From a virus (taxonomy: Duplodnaviria; Caudoviricetes): a DNA stretch of 54,445 bases. The stretch lies in the IMG/VR virus record IMGVR_UViG_3300030333_003568, positions 1 through 54,445 of that record; one strand, given 5' to 3'. Made by a program: the position numbers and the translations under genes. Below are positions 37,884 through 47,800 of the stretch, in pieces. The notes under the pieces were generated by a model. The model had not been told where the DNA came from, made no database searches, and was given only the letters and a program-made list of their open reading frames with translations. Each line of letters starts with the position of its first letter. Position 1 is the first letter of the stretch.

Positions 37884-38705
37884 ATGGATATAAATTGTCC
37901 AACAATAATACCTTATATGGGAGGAAAATTTGAACTAAGTAAAATTCTAATTCCCATGATTCCAAAACACACTAGATATATAGAAATGTTTTTTGGAGGA
38001 GGAAGTATGTATTTTAGAAAACCAAAAGCTGAATTTAATGTACTAAATGATAAACACAATGATCTAATAAATCTATATTTAACTGTCATGAAAAATTATA
38101 AAGAATTTCAAGATGAATGTAATTCTTTAATTAAATCTAGATATTTGTATGCAGAGTTCAAGGAAAACTTGAAGTTAGAAATAGAATATAAAGATATGCC
38201 AAATCCTTACAGAGCAAGTAGATACTTCTATGTAATAATGAACGCCTTTAACCACACATTTCACAATCCAATAGCAAAAGAAAAACAAACTTGGTTTCCA
38301 TATAAATGGGAAAATTTTCAAGAAAGCAAAAGAAAACTTGAAGGTTCTATAATAGAAAACTTAGACTTTAGAGAATTATTTGAAAGATACCCAACAAAAG
38401 AAAATGATTTTTGGTACTTTGATCCTCCATATGTCGTAGCTGGAGAAAGGGGAGATTATTATTTTCATGCTTTAAATGAACAAGATCACAGAGATATGGC
38501 ATATATGATAGATGTAATAAATAATGATGGAGGAAAATTTATGGTTAGTTATGATGATCATAAATTAGTACATGAATTATATAAAAACTATTTAATTAAA
38601 AAAATACCTGTTAGATATGCAGGTCAAAATGTAGGCAATGATTATAAAAATGAGTTGGTCATAACAAATTATGAACTAACAAATCAACAATTAACTTTTA
38701 TATAG
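37884..38705 (+). CDS. Dam-like (D12 class) N6-adenine DNA methyltransferase
   Basis: YMGGK, EMFFGGGS, LND, FDPPY, FMVSY. Confidence 0.9.
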   Translation: MDINCPTIIPYMGGKFELSKILIPMIPKHTRYIEMFFGGGSMYFRKPKAEFNVLNDKHNDLINLYLTVMKNYKEFQDECNSLIKSRYLYAEFKENLKLEIEYKDMPNPYRASRYFYVIMNAFNHTFHNPIAKEKQTWFPYKWENFQESKRKLEGSIIENLDFRELFERYPTKENDFWYFDPPYVVAGERGDYYFHALNEQDHRDMAYMIDVINNDGGKFMVSYDDHKLVHELYKNYLIKKIPVRYAGQNVGNDYKNELVITNYELTNQQLTFI

Positions 38706-38713
38706 GAGATAAA

Positions 38714-40105
38714 ATGAGTGATAAAATAATGCCAAGCTCTAGAGAAGCAGAAGAAGCTATATTAGGCTCAATACTAATAGACGGTTCAAAAGCATTTGAA
38801 AAGGCAAACGCATGGATAAGAGATAACAACGCATTTTACTATGACAAAAATAAAGTACTTTACTCTGTTATATCTGATATGCATAGAGATGGCAAGGATA
38901 TTGATATGATAACTGTTTCTGATAAAATAAAAGATTTAAAGAAAGAAAATCCTCAATCTGGATTAGATATGTATTACATAACGGGTTTGCCAGAAAAAAT
39001 ACCTACAACATCAAACATAGAAAGTTATTCAAAAATAGTTTGGGAAAAATTTATAAAAAGAGAAACAATAAAATCAGCTCATGATTTATACAACACAGGT
39101 TTTGATACAAAAAATCAAACAGTAGAAGATTTATTACATAGTCATCAAAAACTATTAACTGAATTACTTGAAATAGCACCTAGTAAAAAGAAAGAAATAA
39201 GTTCTGTTATAAACGAAACTATAGATACATTAAAAACTGGAAAGAATATTATAAAATTTGGATACCCAGCATTAGATAATATAGCAGGTGGTATGACTCG
39301 TAAAGAAATAACAGTAGTAGGTGGAAGACCTGGACATGGTAAGACGACATTAACTATCAATATTATATACAGTTTATTGAAACAAGGCTACAGAGTTATG
39401 ATGTTTAACAGAGAAATGAGCAATATAGAAGTAATTAAGAAATTTATGATAATGGAAAGTAAGGATTTGTTATATGAACATTTAAGAACTGGTAATATTG
39501 AAGAAGGAAGAATACAAGCAATTGAAATGATGGCTGATAGTTTAAAAGAAATGTTAAAGAATTTAATTATGTATGATGATATAAAGAATCTTGGCGATGC
39601 TATGAGAGAAATACAAAGAGAGAAACCAGATATTGTAGTTGATGATTATATCCAATTAATTAAAACAAACAATAGAAACACTAAAGATAGAAGATTTGAA
39701 ATTGAAGATATATTACTTGAATACAAATGGGTTTGTAAGAAAGAAAATTGCTCAGCTATACTTGTTTCTCAATTAAATAGAGAAATAGAAAAAAGAATAG
39801 AGCCTAGACCTAGACTTGCAGACTTTGCAGAAAGTGGTACAATAGAACAAACAGCTGAAACTGCATTACTTGTATTTTATGGGCATAACTTTAACGATGA
39901 AAGATTTGACAAACATGAAATAGAAGTTATATGTGATAAAGCTAGATATGGAAAAGTAGGAACTTATGTAATGGGTTTTAATGGTAACAAATGTAAATTC
40001 TACTCTACCGCTGATGATGCTAGGAATGAAATAATTGATTTCAATAAAAATAAAACAAAGATTGGAAACGAGAGAGCCATGTCAAATGTGCAAACTCAGT
40101 TTTAA
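38714..40105 (+). CDS. dnaB: Replicative DNA helicase
   Basis: EAEEAILGSIL, GRPGHGKT, DDYIQL, SQLNR, ESGTIEQ, KARYG. Confidence 0.92.
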   Translation: MSDKIMPSSREAEEAILGSILIDGSKAFEKANAWIRDNNAFYYDKNKVLYSVISDMHRDGKDIDMITVSDKIKDLKKENPQSGLDMYYITGLPEKIPTTSNIESYSKIVWEKFIKRETIKSAHDLYNTGFDTKNQTVEDLLHSHQKLLTELLEIAPSKKKEISSVINETIDTLKTGKNIIKFGYPALDNIAGGMTRKEITVVGGRPGHGKTTLTINIIYSLLKQGYRVMMFNREMSNIEVIKKFMIMESKDLLYEHLRTGNIEEGRIQAIEMMADSLKEMLKNLIMYDDIKNLGDAMREIQREKPDIVVDDYIQLIKTNNRNTKDRRFEIEDILLEYKWVCKKENCSAILVSQLNREIEKRIEPRPRLADFAESGTIEQTAETALLVFYGHNFNDERFDKHEIEVICDKARYGKVGTYVMGFNGNKCKFYSTADDARNEIIDFNKNKTKIGNERAMSNVQTQF

Positions 40106-40283
40106 TGGATTTGAAAAATATGAATATCATTCATCAATTAGCAATACAACATTGTATGTGTGTAAAAAATGTGCAGTAAGGGAATATTATGGTACAAAAT
40201 CACAAGCAAGTAAAAAATGGAAATCAGATAAAAGCAATAATAAATTATTTGGAGAGCCAATTAATAATAAAAGGATTAGATAA
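40035..40283 (+). CDS. Zn-finger protein
   Basis: CQMC...CKKC; start uncertain. Confidence 0.55.
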   Translation: MISIKIKQRLETREPCQMCKLSFNGFEKYEYHSSISNTTLYVCKKCAVREYYGTKSQASKKWKSDKSNNKLFGEPINNKRIR

Positions 40284-40781
40284 ATGCATAAAACAATAAT
40301 AGGAATAGACCCAGGTGCTAGTGGGGCATTATGCTTTACTAACTCAGAAAAAAAACAAATATATACATATAAATGCCATAAGTTAATAAGCGGTAGAAGA
40401 TTAAGTGTTTCACTCGCTTTAAATGCTTACAAAACTAGAAAAGCAACAGCATATATAGAAAAAGTTCACGCAATGCCTCACGATGGTAGAAGCTCTTTAT
40501 TTAAATTTGGAGTAAACTATGGAGCATGGCTAGGAATACTTAATTCAGTAAAGGGAATAAATAAAATAGTAGAAGTATCGCCACAAAAATGGATGAAGTT
40601 TTGGGAAAATAAAATTGGAGAAAAATTACCTAAAATAAAAAAAGATAGAAAAAACAAGTTAAAAGAAATAGCATCTATTTATACAGATAAACCAGCGACA
40701 CTTTGGAACGCTGATAGTGTTTTAATAACAATGTACGGAATGTACACAGAAGAAGGAGAACTATGGAAATCCCAAAAATAG
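40284..40781 (+). CDS. RuvC-like Holliday junction resolvase
   Basis: IGIDPG, YIEKV, FKFGVNYG, PQKW, ADSVLI. Confidence 0.8.
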   Translation: MHKTIIGIDPGASGALCFTNSEKKQIYTYKCHKLISGRRLSVSLALNAYKTRKATAYIEKVHAMPHDGRSSLFKFGVNYGAWLGILNSVKGINKIVEVSPQKWMKFWENKIGEKLPKIKKDRKNKLKEIASIYTDKPATLWNADSVLITMYGMYTEEGELWKSQK

Positions 40782-40978
40782 ATATTGAATTTTCAAAAGG
40801 AGATGAAACAATAGGAGTAAGTAAATTTAAAATAGAATCAAATGAAATATTACAAAAGGAATATAGAATATATTTATTTCCAATAGAACTTCAACTAACA
40901 ACAACACCTAATATGTTTGCAATAGGAATTAAAATCTTTTCAATAACATTTAGTTTTAAATTGGCACATGAAAGATAA
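40763..40978 (+). CDS. Hypothetical protein
   Basis: AAGGAG SD; 71 aa. Confidence 0.55.
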   Translation: MEIPKIDIEFSKGDETIGVSKFKIESNEILQKEYRIYLFPIELQLTTTPNMFAIGIKIFSITFSFKLAHER

Positions 40979-41090
40979 AGATTTAATTGAAATTTTATAT
41001 GATTTAAAAAATAAAGTTAAATTAATGAAAGAAAATATTGATGTTATGATTATGTTTATTGATTTAATTATAGAAAACAAAGAAAATTAA
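40968..41090 (+). CDS. 40-aa hypothetical protein, last early gene
   Basis: MKDKDLIEILYDLK...; stop overlaps convergent late-gene stop. Confidence 0.4.
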   Translation: MKDKDLIEILYDLKNKVKLMKENIDVMIMFIDLIIENKEN

Positions 41091-44000
41091 TCATTATACC
41101 ATTCATAAATATCTTTTGAAGCATTAAAAAATGATCCTAACACAACGGGAAAGAAGAGGTATGATAAGCCAGTCGTGATTTCATTCCTCTTTCTTTCCTC
41201 GTCTTCATCTGCTCCCATAGCAAATAAAGCCCCCCAAATCATAGTTCTAAAAGCAATTGCTAATGCTGGGTTTTCAGCTCCTCTCATCAATCCGTACATA
41301 TTAATAGCTTGACCTTTTAAAAGATAGCCTATAAGAGGAATAGCAGTAACAAAAGAAGCTATAACACTAGCCATTCCTCTTGTTGTTAAAAATCTTAACA
41401 TAGCCACAGCTTCATGATCTATATTTCTATCTGAGGGGTCATATTTTTTGCCTTTAGCAATAGATTTCATTTGAATAGAAACAGCATCTAAAAGCCTTGT
41501 CATTCCATCAATAGTTCCTTCACTTCCATCACTAAATTTTTTATATATTTGATAATCATGTATCATTTGAAGGGTTGGATATTGTTTATATTGCCACAAA
41601 GCTCTTCCAAATCCATTAAAACCTTCTCCAAGATGAGGAGGTGTCATACCAAATTGAGTATAATAAACAGCGTTTCTAGCTATTTCAACAGCGGCTGGTG
41701 TCATAAATATTTGTTCATCTGATTTACTAGAATCAGCATCTATCAAGCCAATTTTTTGAGCATGAAGTAAAGAAGCTACAATAGTTGTTGTTCTTAATTT
41801 TTCTTCACTTCCAGTAAATGTAAATATATCTCTTCCTCCGACTCCTTTCCACCACCATGACAACTTCCAGCTTACCATTCTTTTTATTAACCCATCACTT
41901 ACATCCCCAAGCATATCTTTAAAAAGTTGTTGAATTACTTTTTCGCTTGTACCTTCTTCTAAGGTAAATATATCATAAAATTGTCCTCTTTTTTCTCTCA
42001 AGTCTTTATTGAAGACAGATTTTCTTAGTTCATTAATATCTTTTAAATTTTGAAATTCTTCTCTTGATGAACCTTCTTTAATCTTTATCATTTTCATAAG
42101 CAAGGCATCAATACTTTCATCTCCACTTTTAACAAAGCTATCTCTACCAGCTCTTAATAATCTAGCTAATCTAATTGGGTTTGCTGTTGGAATTTGTATT
42201 CCAGGAGTAGGAATAAATCCCATATCAGAAGACCTTACATCACCATCTTTCATCATAATATCTGTAAACATAGTTAATACATTCAATGCTCCAGTATTTT
42301 GAGCTATTCTTTTCCATTTGTTGTTATCAGAATCCATCGCTTGTTGAGCTTCCCTTACATTATCCCATCCAACTTGAATCATTGTATTAATTATTTGTCC
42401 AGAATTTTGAACGGCTGAACTTCCTCCTAAAAATAACATAGAAGCTGGGGCAGTTATCCACTTAGTTAATCTTTCTGCTTCTTTTGGACTCCATGTTCTT
42501 CCTCCTCTTATAAAAGAAGGTAATCCATTTAACTTATCTGCAAAATCAGCATAGCTTGTTTCTTTTCCAGTAATACTTATAGCTCTTGATGTTGGATCAC
42601 CAAATCCTATTTTTACTCTGTTTACTGCAAACTCTAAAGTACCTTTAGGCATATTCCCTAGTTTTGAAATTTTAAAAACAGATTCAGCTAATTCATTTAT
42701 AATATCTTGCTTGTTTAAAGCATTGTATGTTTCATTAAAATATTCATGATGAATCCTACCATCTTTTCTTCTTAATAAAGGATCAGTCCAAGAAGTAATG
42801 TGCTTTAAGTTTTTTAAAGAAGGTAAATCATATAACGATTGATCAGCTTCTTCATTCTTATGAAATCTAGTTATTATATTTTCCAAATGCTCTAATCCTA
42901 ATTCATACCTTTGAAGATCACTACCTTCATATTCTCCATTTTTTTTAAGAAGTTCCTTTGCCTTACTAAGATATTCAATTCCTCCTCTGCCTCCTAAAAC
43001 AGATTGTATTTCATCTTTTAATTTATTATTTGTTTTTCTTATTTGAGCTGGGAGCATTCTCATAAATACATTCATTTTAGAATATTTATTTGGAAAATAA
43101 TTTTCTGCTTTTGGTCTTGAAAATGCGGTAGGAGTTTGAAGTTCTCCTTGTTCATTTTCCCATAAAGTTGATTGTATTCCATTTGCTTCAAAAAATGTAC
43201 TTAACCATTCATCTGCTTTTTCTTTAGATTCTTTAAATTTTGACATCCTCCATTGAATAACATTTTTGCGAATAGCATTTCTTCTAGCTAGTTGTTTATC
43301 TGCTTTAGATTTTATGTCTGCATACGCAGCTTTATAAGACGCTCTAACAATTGCTAATGATTTCCACACTTGTTTCATAAGCAATTCATTTGGTTCTTTC
43401 CCTTGTTCGTATTTTTTAAAATTTATATATTGTTTTTTATGAGTTCCTTTTAACTCTTTAAATTCTAATTCTTCCTTTTCTTTGCCTTTCTTTTTAACCT
43501 TTACAGTTTGCTTTCCAAAATCATTTATTTCGTCAGACCTATGCCACCCTCTTTCAATAACAGTTCCAAGTTCTTGATTGTCGTATTCTGTATACACCTC
43601 TGTAACTTCTCCATCAACTTCAGATAATGTTTTGCCAAGAAAATTAATACTAGTTCCAGGTTTTCTTTTGTCTCCTAATATCTGAGCTTTGTCTATAAGA
43701 TAAGCATTATAAGTTTCAGATGAACCCCCTTCTCCTTGCTTAATCATTACATATCTATATTCCCATGTTTTGCCTTTCATTATAACTCTTTTTGTATGGA
43801 TTCCTGGTACTCTGTTTCCAGTTTTTTTCGCATTAACTAATTGTTTTATTTTTGTTTTTAATACCTTTAAGTCATTACCTGGCATAGCATTTTCTGATAA
43901 ATACCCTTCTTCATCTACTTCTCTATTTATAAGCTGTGGGTTTATATATCTAACTTGACCATTTCCAATTTCATCCATTAATTCATCTGTATATTTAGAT

Positions 44001-44839
44001 ACAATTTTTTTATCTATGTTTTCTTTGCTTTCTTGCAAGTCTTCATAGCTATAAAACCTAAGAGATTTTCCTTCATCTTCAGCTAAATAACCATAATAAC
44101 CTGGGACATCTAAAGTTACTTCTTCTGTTAAAACAACTCTTTGACCATTAGAATCAACAACTTCAATACCATTCATAACAGAGTTGTTAAAATAAACACC
44201 GCTACCTTTTCCTTTTATTAAATTGTGCATAACATCAAATGCTTTTTTTCTTGTTTCTGTTATTGGATTTAAATATATACCAGCCATAGATATATTTCTA
44301 TCGCCTATAGTTTGAGCTTTGCTTACAAGGCTTCCTAAAAACCCAAATCTATCTACCCAAGAAGCAATAAATTCTGGAGGAGATAAAAATAATTCAGTTT
44401 TAGATATTCCTTTTTCGCTTTTTGCCAACTTTTCTCTTTTATTTATAATCCTATCTGTAAGAGCATTAACAGATGTCATAGTTCTAGTGCCTTGTTGTAT
44501 AGTTACTGGCGTTATCTTGCCTCTTAAATGTTTGGCGTATATTCTTTGCCAGTCATTTGCGTGTTGAACGGGGTCTATTAAATTAGGATCATAACCAGCT
44601 TCTTCAGCTGATTTCATAGAATAATCTACAAGTTTATCATACAATTTTTTGTGAGTTAAATATCTTTTTTCTTCTATTTTTATTAATTTTTTATTTTTAT
44701 ATCTTTGAGCACTAGCAAGATAAGCCTTAGAAGGTCTTCCTATTATACCAGCTATAGCTTCGGAACATTTATATTTCCAAGCTAAAACTTCATTAGAATG
44801 AAGGTCTTTTGCTTGTTGGATAGTTCTACAAGCAGACAT
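41087..44839 (-). CDS. Large putative virion ejection protein (~1250 aa)
   Basis: ATG 44839 coupled (TAATG) to RNAP stop; helical, hydrophobic C-terminal segments; YTQFG...LWQYKQYP motif as in podovirus ejection proteins. Confidence 0.55.
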   Translation of the reverse strand: MSACRTIQQAKDLHSNEVLAWKYKCSEAIAGIIGRPSKAYLASAQRYKNKKLIKIEEKRYLTHKKLYDKLVDYSMKSAEEAGYDPNLIDPVQHANDWQRIYAKHLRGKITPVTIQQGTRTMTSVNALTDRIINKREKLAKSEKGISKTELFLSPPEFIASWVDRFGFLGSLVSKAQTIGDRNISMAGIYLNPITETRKKAFDVMHNLIKGKGSGVYFNNSVMNGIEVVDSNGQRVVLTEEVTLDVPGYYGYLAEDEGKSLRFYSYEDLQESKENIDKKIVSKYTDELMDEIGNGQVRYINPQLINREVDEEGYLSENAMPGNDLKVLKTKIKQLVNAKKTGNRVPGIHTKRVIMKGKTWEYRYVMIKQGEGGSSETYNAYLIDKAQILGDKRKPGTSINFLGKTLSEVDGEVTEVYTEYDNQELGTVIERGWHRSDEINDFGKQTVKVKKKGKEKEELEFKELKGTHKKQYINFKKYEQGKEPNELLMKQVWKSLAIVRASYKAAYADIKSKADKQLARRNAIRKNVIQWRMSKFKESKEKADEWLSTFFEANGIQSTLWENEQGELQTPTAFSRPKAENYFPNKYSKMNVFMRMLPAQIRKTNNKLKDEIQSVLGGRGGIEYLSKAKELLKKNGEYEGSDLQRYELGLEHLENIITRFHKNEEADQSLYDLPSLKNLKHITSWTDPLLRRKDGRIHHEYFNETYNALNKQDIINELAESVFKISKLGNMPKGTLEFAVNRVKIGFGDPTSRAISITGKETSYADFADKLNGLPSFIRGGRTWSPKEAERLTKWITAPASMLFLGGSSAVQNSGQIINTMIQVGWDNVREAQQAMDSDNNKWKRIAQNTGALNVLTMFTDIMMKDGDVRSSDMGFIPTPGIQIPTANPIRLARLLRAGRDSFVKSGDESIDALLMKMIKIKEGSSREEFQNLKDINELRKSVFNKDLREKRGQFYDIFTLEEGTSEKVIQQLFKDMLGDVSDGLIKRMVSWKLSWWWKGVGGRDIFTFTGSEEKLRTTTIVASLLHAQKIGLIDADSSKSDEQIFMTPAAVEIARNAVYYTQFGMTPPHLGEGFNGFGRALWQYKQYPTLQMIHDYQIYKKFSDGSEGTIDGMTRLLDAVSIQMKSIAKGKKYDPSDRNIDHEAVAMLRFLTTRGMASVIASFVTAIPLIGYLLKGQAINMYGLMRGAENPALAIAFRTMIWGALFAMGADEDEERKRNEITTGLSYLFFPVVLGSFFNASKDIYEWYND

Positions 44840-47800
44840 TAGCACTTAGCCATTTTTTCTGATGATGATATTTCTTTTTCTGCCAATTTAGAATTTAATA
44901 TATCTTGAGTATCTCTAAGGTCTTTGTAATAACCTTTTTTCATTTGGGCATCTCTTTGCTTTTCTGGAGTTAAAGACGCTTCAAATGGTTCTAAACTGTT
45001 GTTAACTCGATGAGACATATCACTAACAGATGCTCTAAAATATTTTTCCCATGATGATAAATAAATACCTAATAATTTATCATTTAAAAACGCTTTAGGC
45101 AAAAATTTCTTTACATATATTTTATTTTGATCAGTTAATCCAGATAGATATTTTAAAGTTACCCACATTTTAGCATCTTCATCTAAAGCTTCAAACTTAT
45201 CAATAAACCTATCTGTAAACTCAGAAAAGGAAATGTTTTTATCAGTTTGAATAGCTTCTCTATCATTTGTTTTTTTAAGTAATAAATTCCATATATCTAT
45301 AAAACTCATATCTTTAGAAACTGCTTTTGTTCCTTTTATTCCTAAAAACTCTTGAAGGTTTGTAGTTTCTTTGGAAAAAACTTTAAACTTTTTAAATAGA
45401 AAATCTTCAGCAGCTTCAAATGAAGAAAGTTTATTATTATCATCTCTCATATCTTTTAAATAATTTTGCATAACTGATGATTCTCCCATTTCTTTAGCGG
45501 CTGCTATATGAGCATTATTAGCAACATCATTAGATTCTATAGCATTAATCACATCATAATTTAAATTATTTCCAAGACTAATTAATAAACTTTCAACTGG
45601 AGTTATATTATTTTTTAAAGAAAAACTATATTTTTTAACATTGTTTAAAAGCTTTGAAAGTTTTTTACTTTTTCTTGTTCTTTTATTTAAAGAATTTTGT
45701 ACTTTTGATTTAAAATTATTTGAATAATCTTCATCACTAAGTAAACCTTTTAAAGCCCCTCGGTTATCTATTTTAGATATATCAATTGTTTCATCCCCAT
45801 TCATCATTTCATTTAAATCTCTACTTATATCAACATTTAAAAAGAAATCAGCAGATATACCAGTTTCTGTTCTTCCATGTCTAACTTTACTTACATTTTG
45901 AACACCTTTAACCATAGATAAATAAAAGAACTCAGCGTCAGTAAAATCGCTATTCACTTCGTTTGTACCAACAATTTGCTTTTCAAATATTTTAGATGAC
46001 ATAAAATGATCAAATCTCATAGGTTTACCATCCTCATCTAATGGCATACTTTTAAGAATATCTGTTAAATGTGTAAACTTAGAACCGTCAACAGCCATTT
46101 GAAATAATATTGCTAATTCATGTGATTTAATTGTTTTTAAATACAATACTTTATCAGACTTAGCAGCGTTATCTAAATCTATTTCATTTCCATTTTTATC
46201 TACTAAAGAATCTCCGTTGTTTTTTAATATATTAATTTGTTTTTTATCTAATTGAGATTTATCAATTTCAATATAATCCATTATAACTTCTTTATTTGGA
46301 TCAACTGCTTTTATTACTATATTTTTTATGTCTTCGTCAGCTGCTAAAGTAGTATCCTTAGATTGATTTGATTCCATTTCCATAGAAAAATCTTTACTAT
46401 AAAGCTCAGCCATTATAGTTCTACTATTTAATGAAGTTCCAGTTGTTCCAGTATTTCTTGCGTTTCTTTCTATTTCTTTAAGAGAGTGCAAAGGAGACAA
46501 GGCAGATGATTTAATTTTACTATTTGGATCATCAACCCTTGCTCCAAAAATAGGCAAAGGAACTACTCTGTCTACTTTTTCTTCTTTAGAATAATCTTGC
46601 CATTCTTTCATGCTATCAGCATAATCATCATCAATAAATTCAAATACACCTTTATCGCCATCCCAATCGCCATCAAAGTATTCAGTAACATCTTCTTCTC
46701 TCATTAACATAGATTCGCCAAGACCTTCTTGTAATGCTTGTACTCTTCTAACAATTGGACCCGTTACTTTAGAAATTGGATTTCTGTGCATTAAAACATT
46801 AACCTCATTGTTTTCTAAAAATGGATTTAAATACTCCTTAATCATTCTATGCCTATTTAAGCCTTTACCTTCTTTCTTTTCAGCTTGCATAACTTTAGCA
46901 AAAGCTTTTTCGCCAATTGATTCTTTCCATTTTTGAAAAACTTGATTGTATGCAACTTTATTATCAGCTGAAAGAATAACATTTCCTTTAATTATTTTTT
47001 GATAATGAGATTTTAAATAAAGAATTGAAGACTTGCCGTCCCAATCCCTTCCTTTGTATAATCCTTGTTTTATTAAAATAGAATTAACAACTGGAAAAAT
47101 TTGCGATCTTATAGCTGGGTGAAAAAGACCAAACCCATCTTTCTTTATTAACTTTATATAGCTTTCTGACTCACTAGGTATTTCACCATCTTTTAAAGCC
47201 CTATCAATAAATTTTTTAAATTCATCGGGGTTTTCAATTAAAGTATTTATTTTATCTGTATAATAAGATGAAATATCTTTATATCTGTTTCTAATAGCTT
47301 TTAAAACATTGCTAGTAAATTTATTTTCATAACCATACATAAGAAGCATCTCTCCTAAAGCTATAGGATGAGAAGCGGATTCTTTACTTTTTTCTTGAAC
47401 ATTATTTACTATAATAGAGCTAGAAGGAATTTTATGAACACGACCATATCCATCTTTGTAATCTTCTGGCTTTTTACCAAATGCTTCTGCTTGTTGTTCG
47501 GCACTTGCAAACTTACCAAGTGTCATTTTAGCTTCATTCGGAGAAGCTATCATTTCAAATTCTTTTTTAGTATTTGGGTCATACCAATATGTAAGACCAT
47601 TTTTATCTGCTTTAACTTCGGCTACAACTTTACCAGAAGAAGGGTCTCTTATAACCATATTTTTAAAAGCAGAAAACATCATATGCTTCATGCCTAAATA
47701 ATCATTACTTTTATCAGTTATTTCTCTATGCCTAATAAATGTTTTTATTTGTTGAAACAATCTGTATCCTATATCATCAGCCATTTCAGATAAGTATTTA

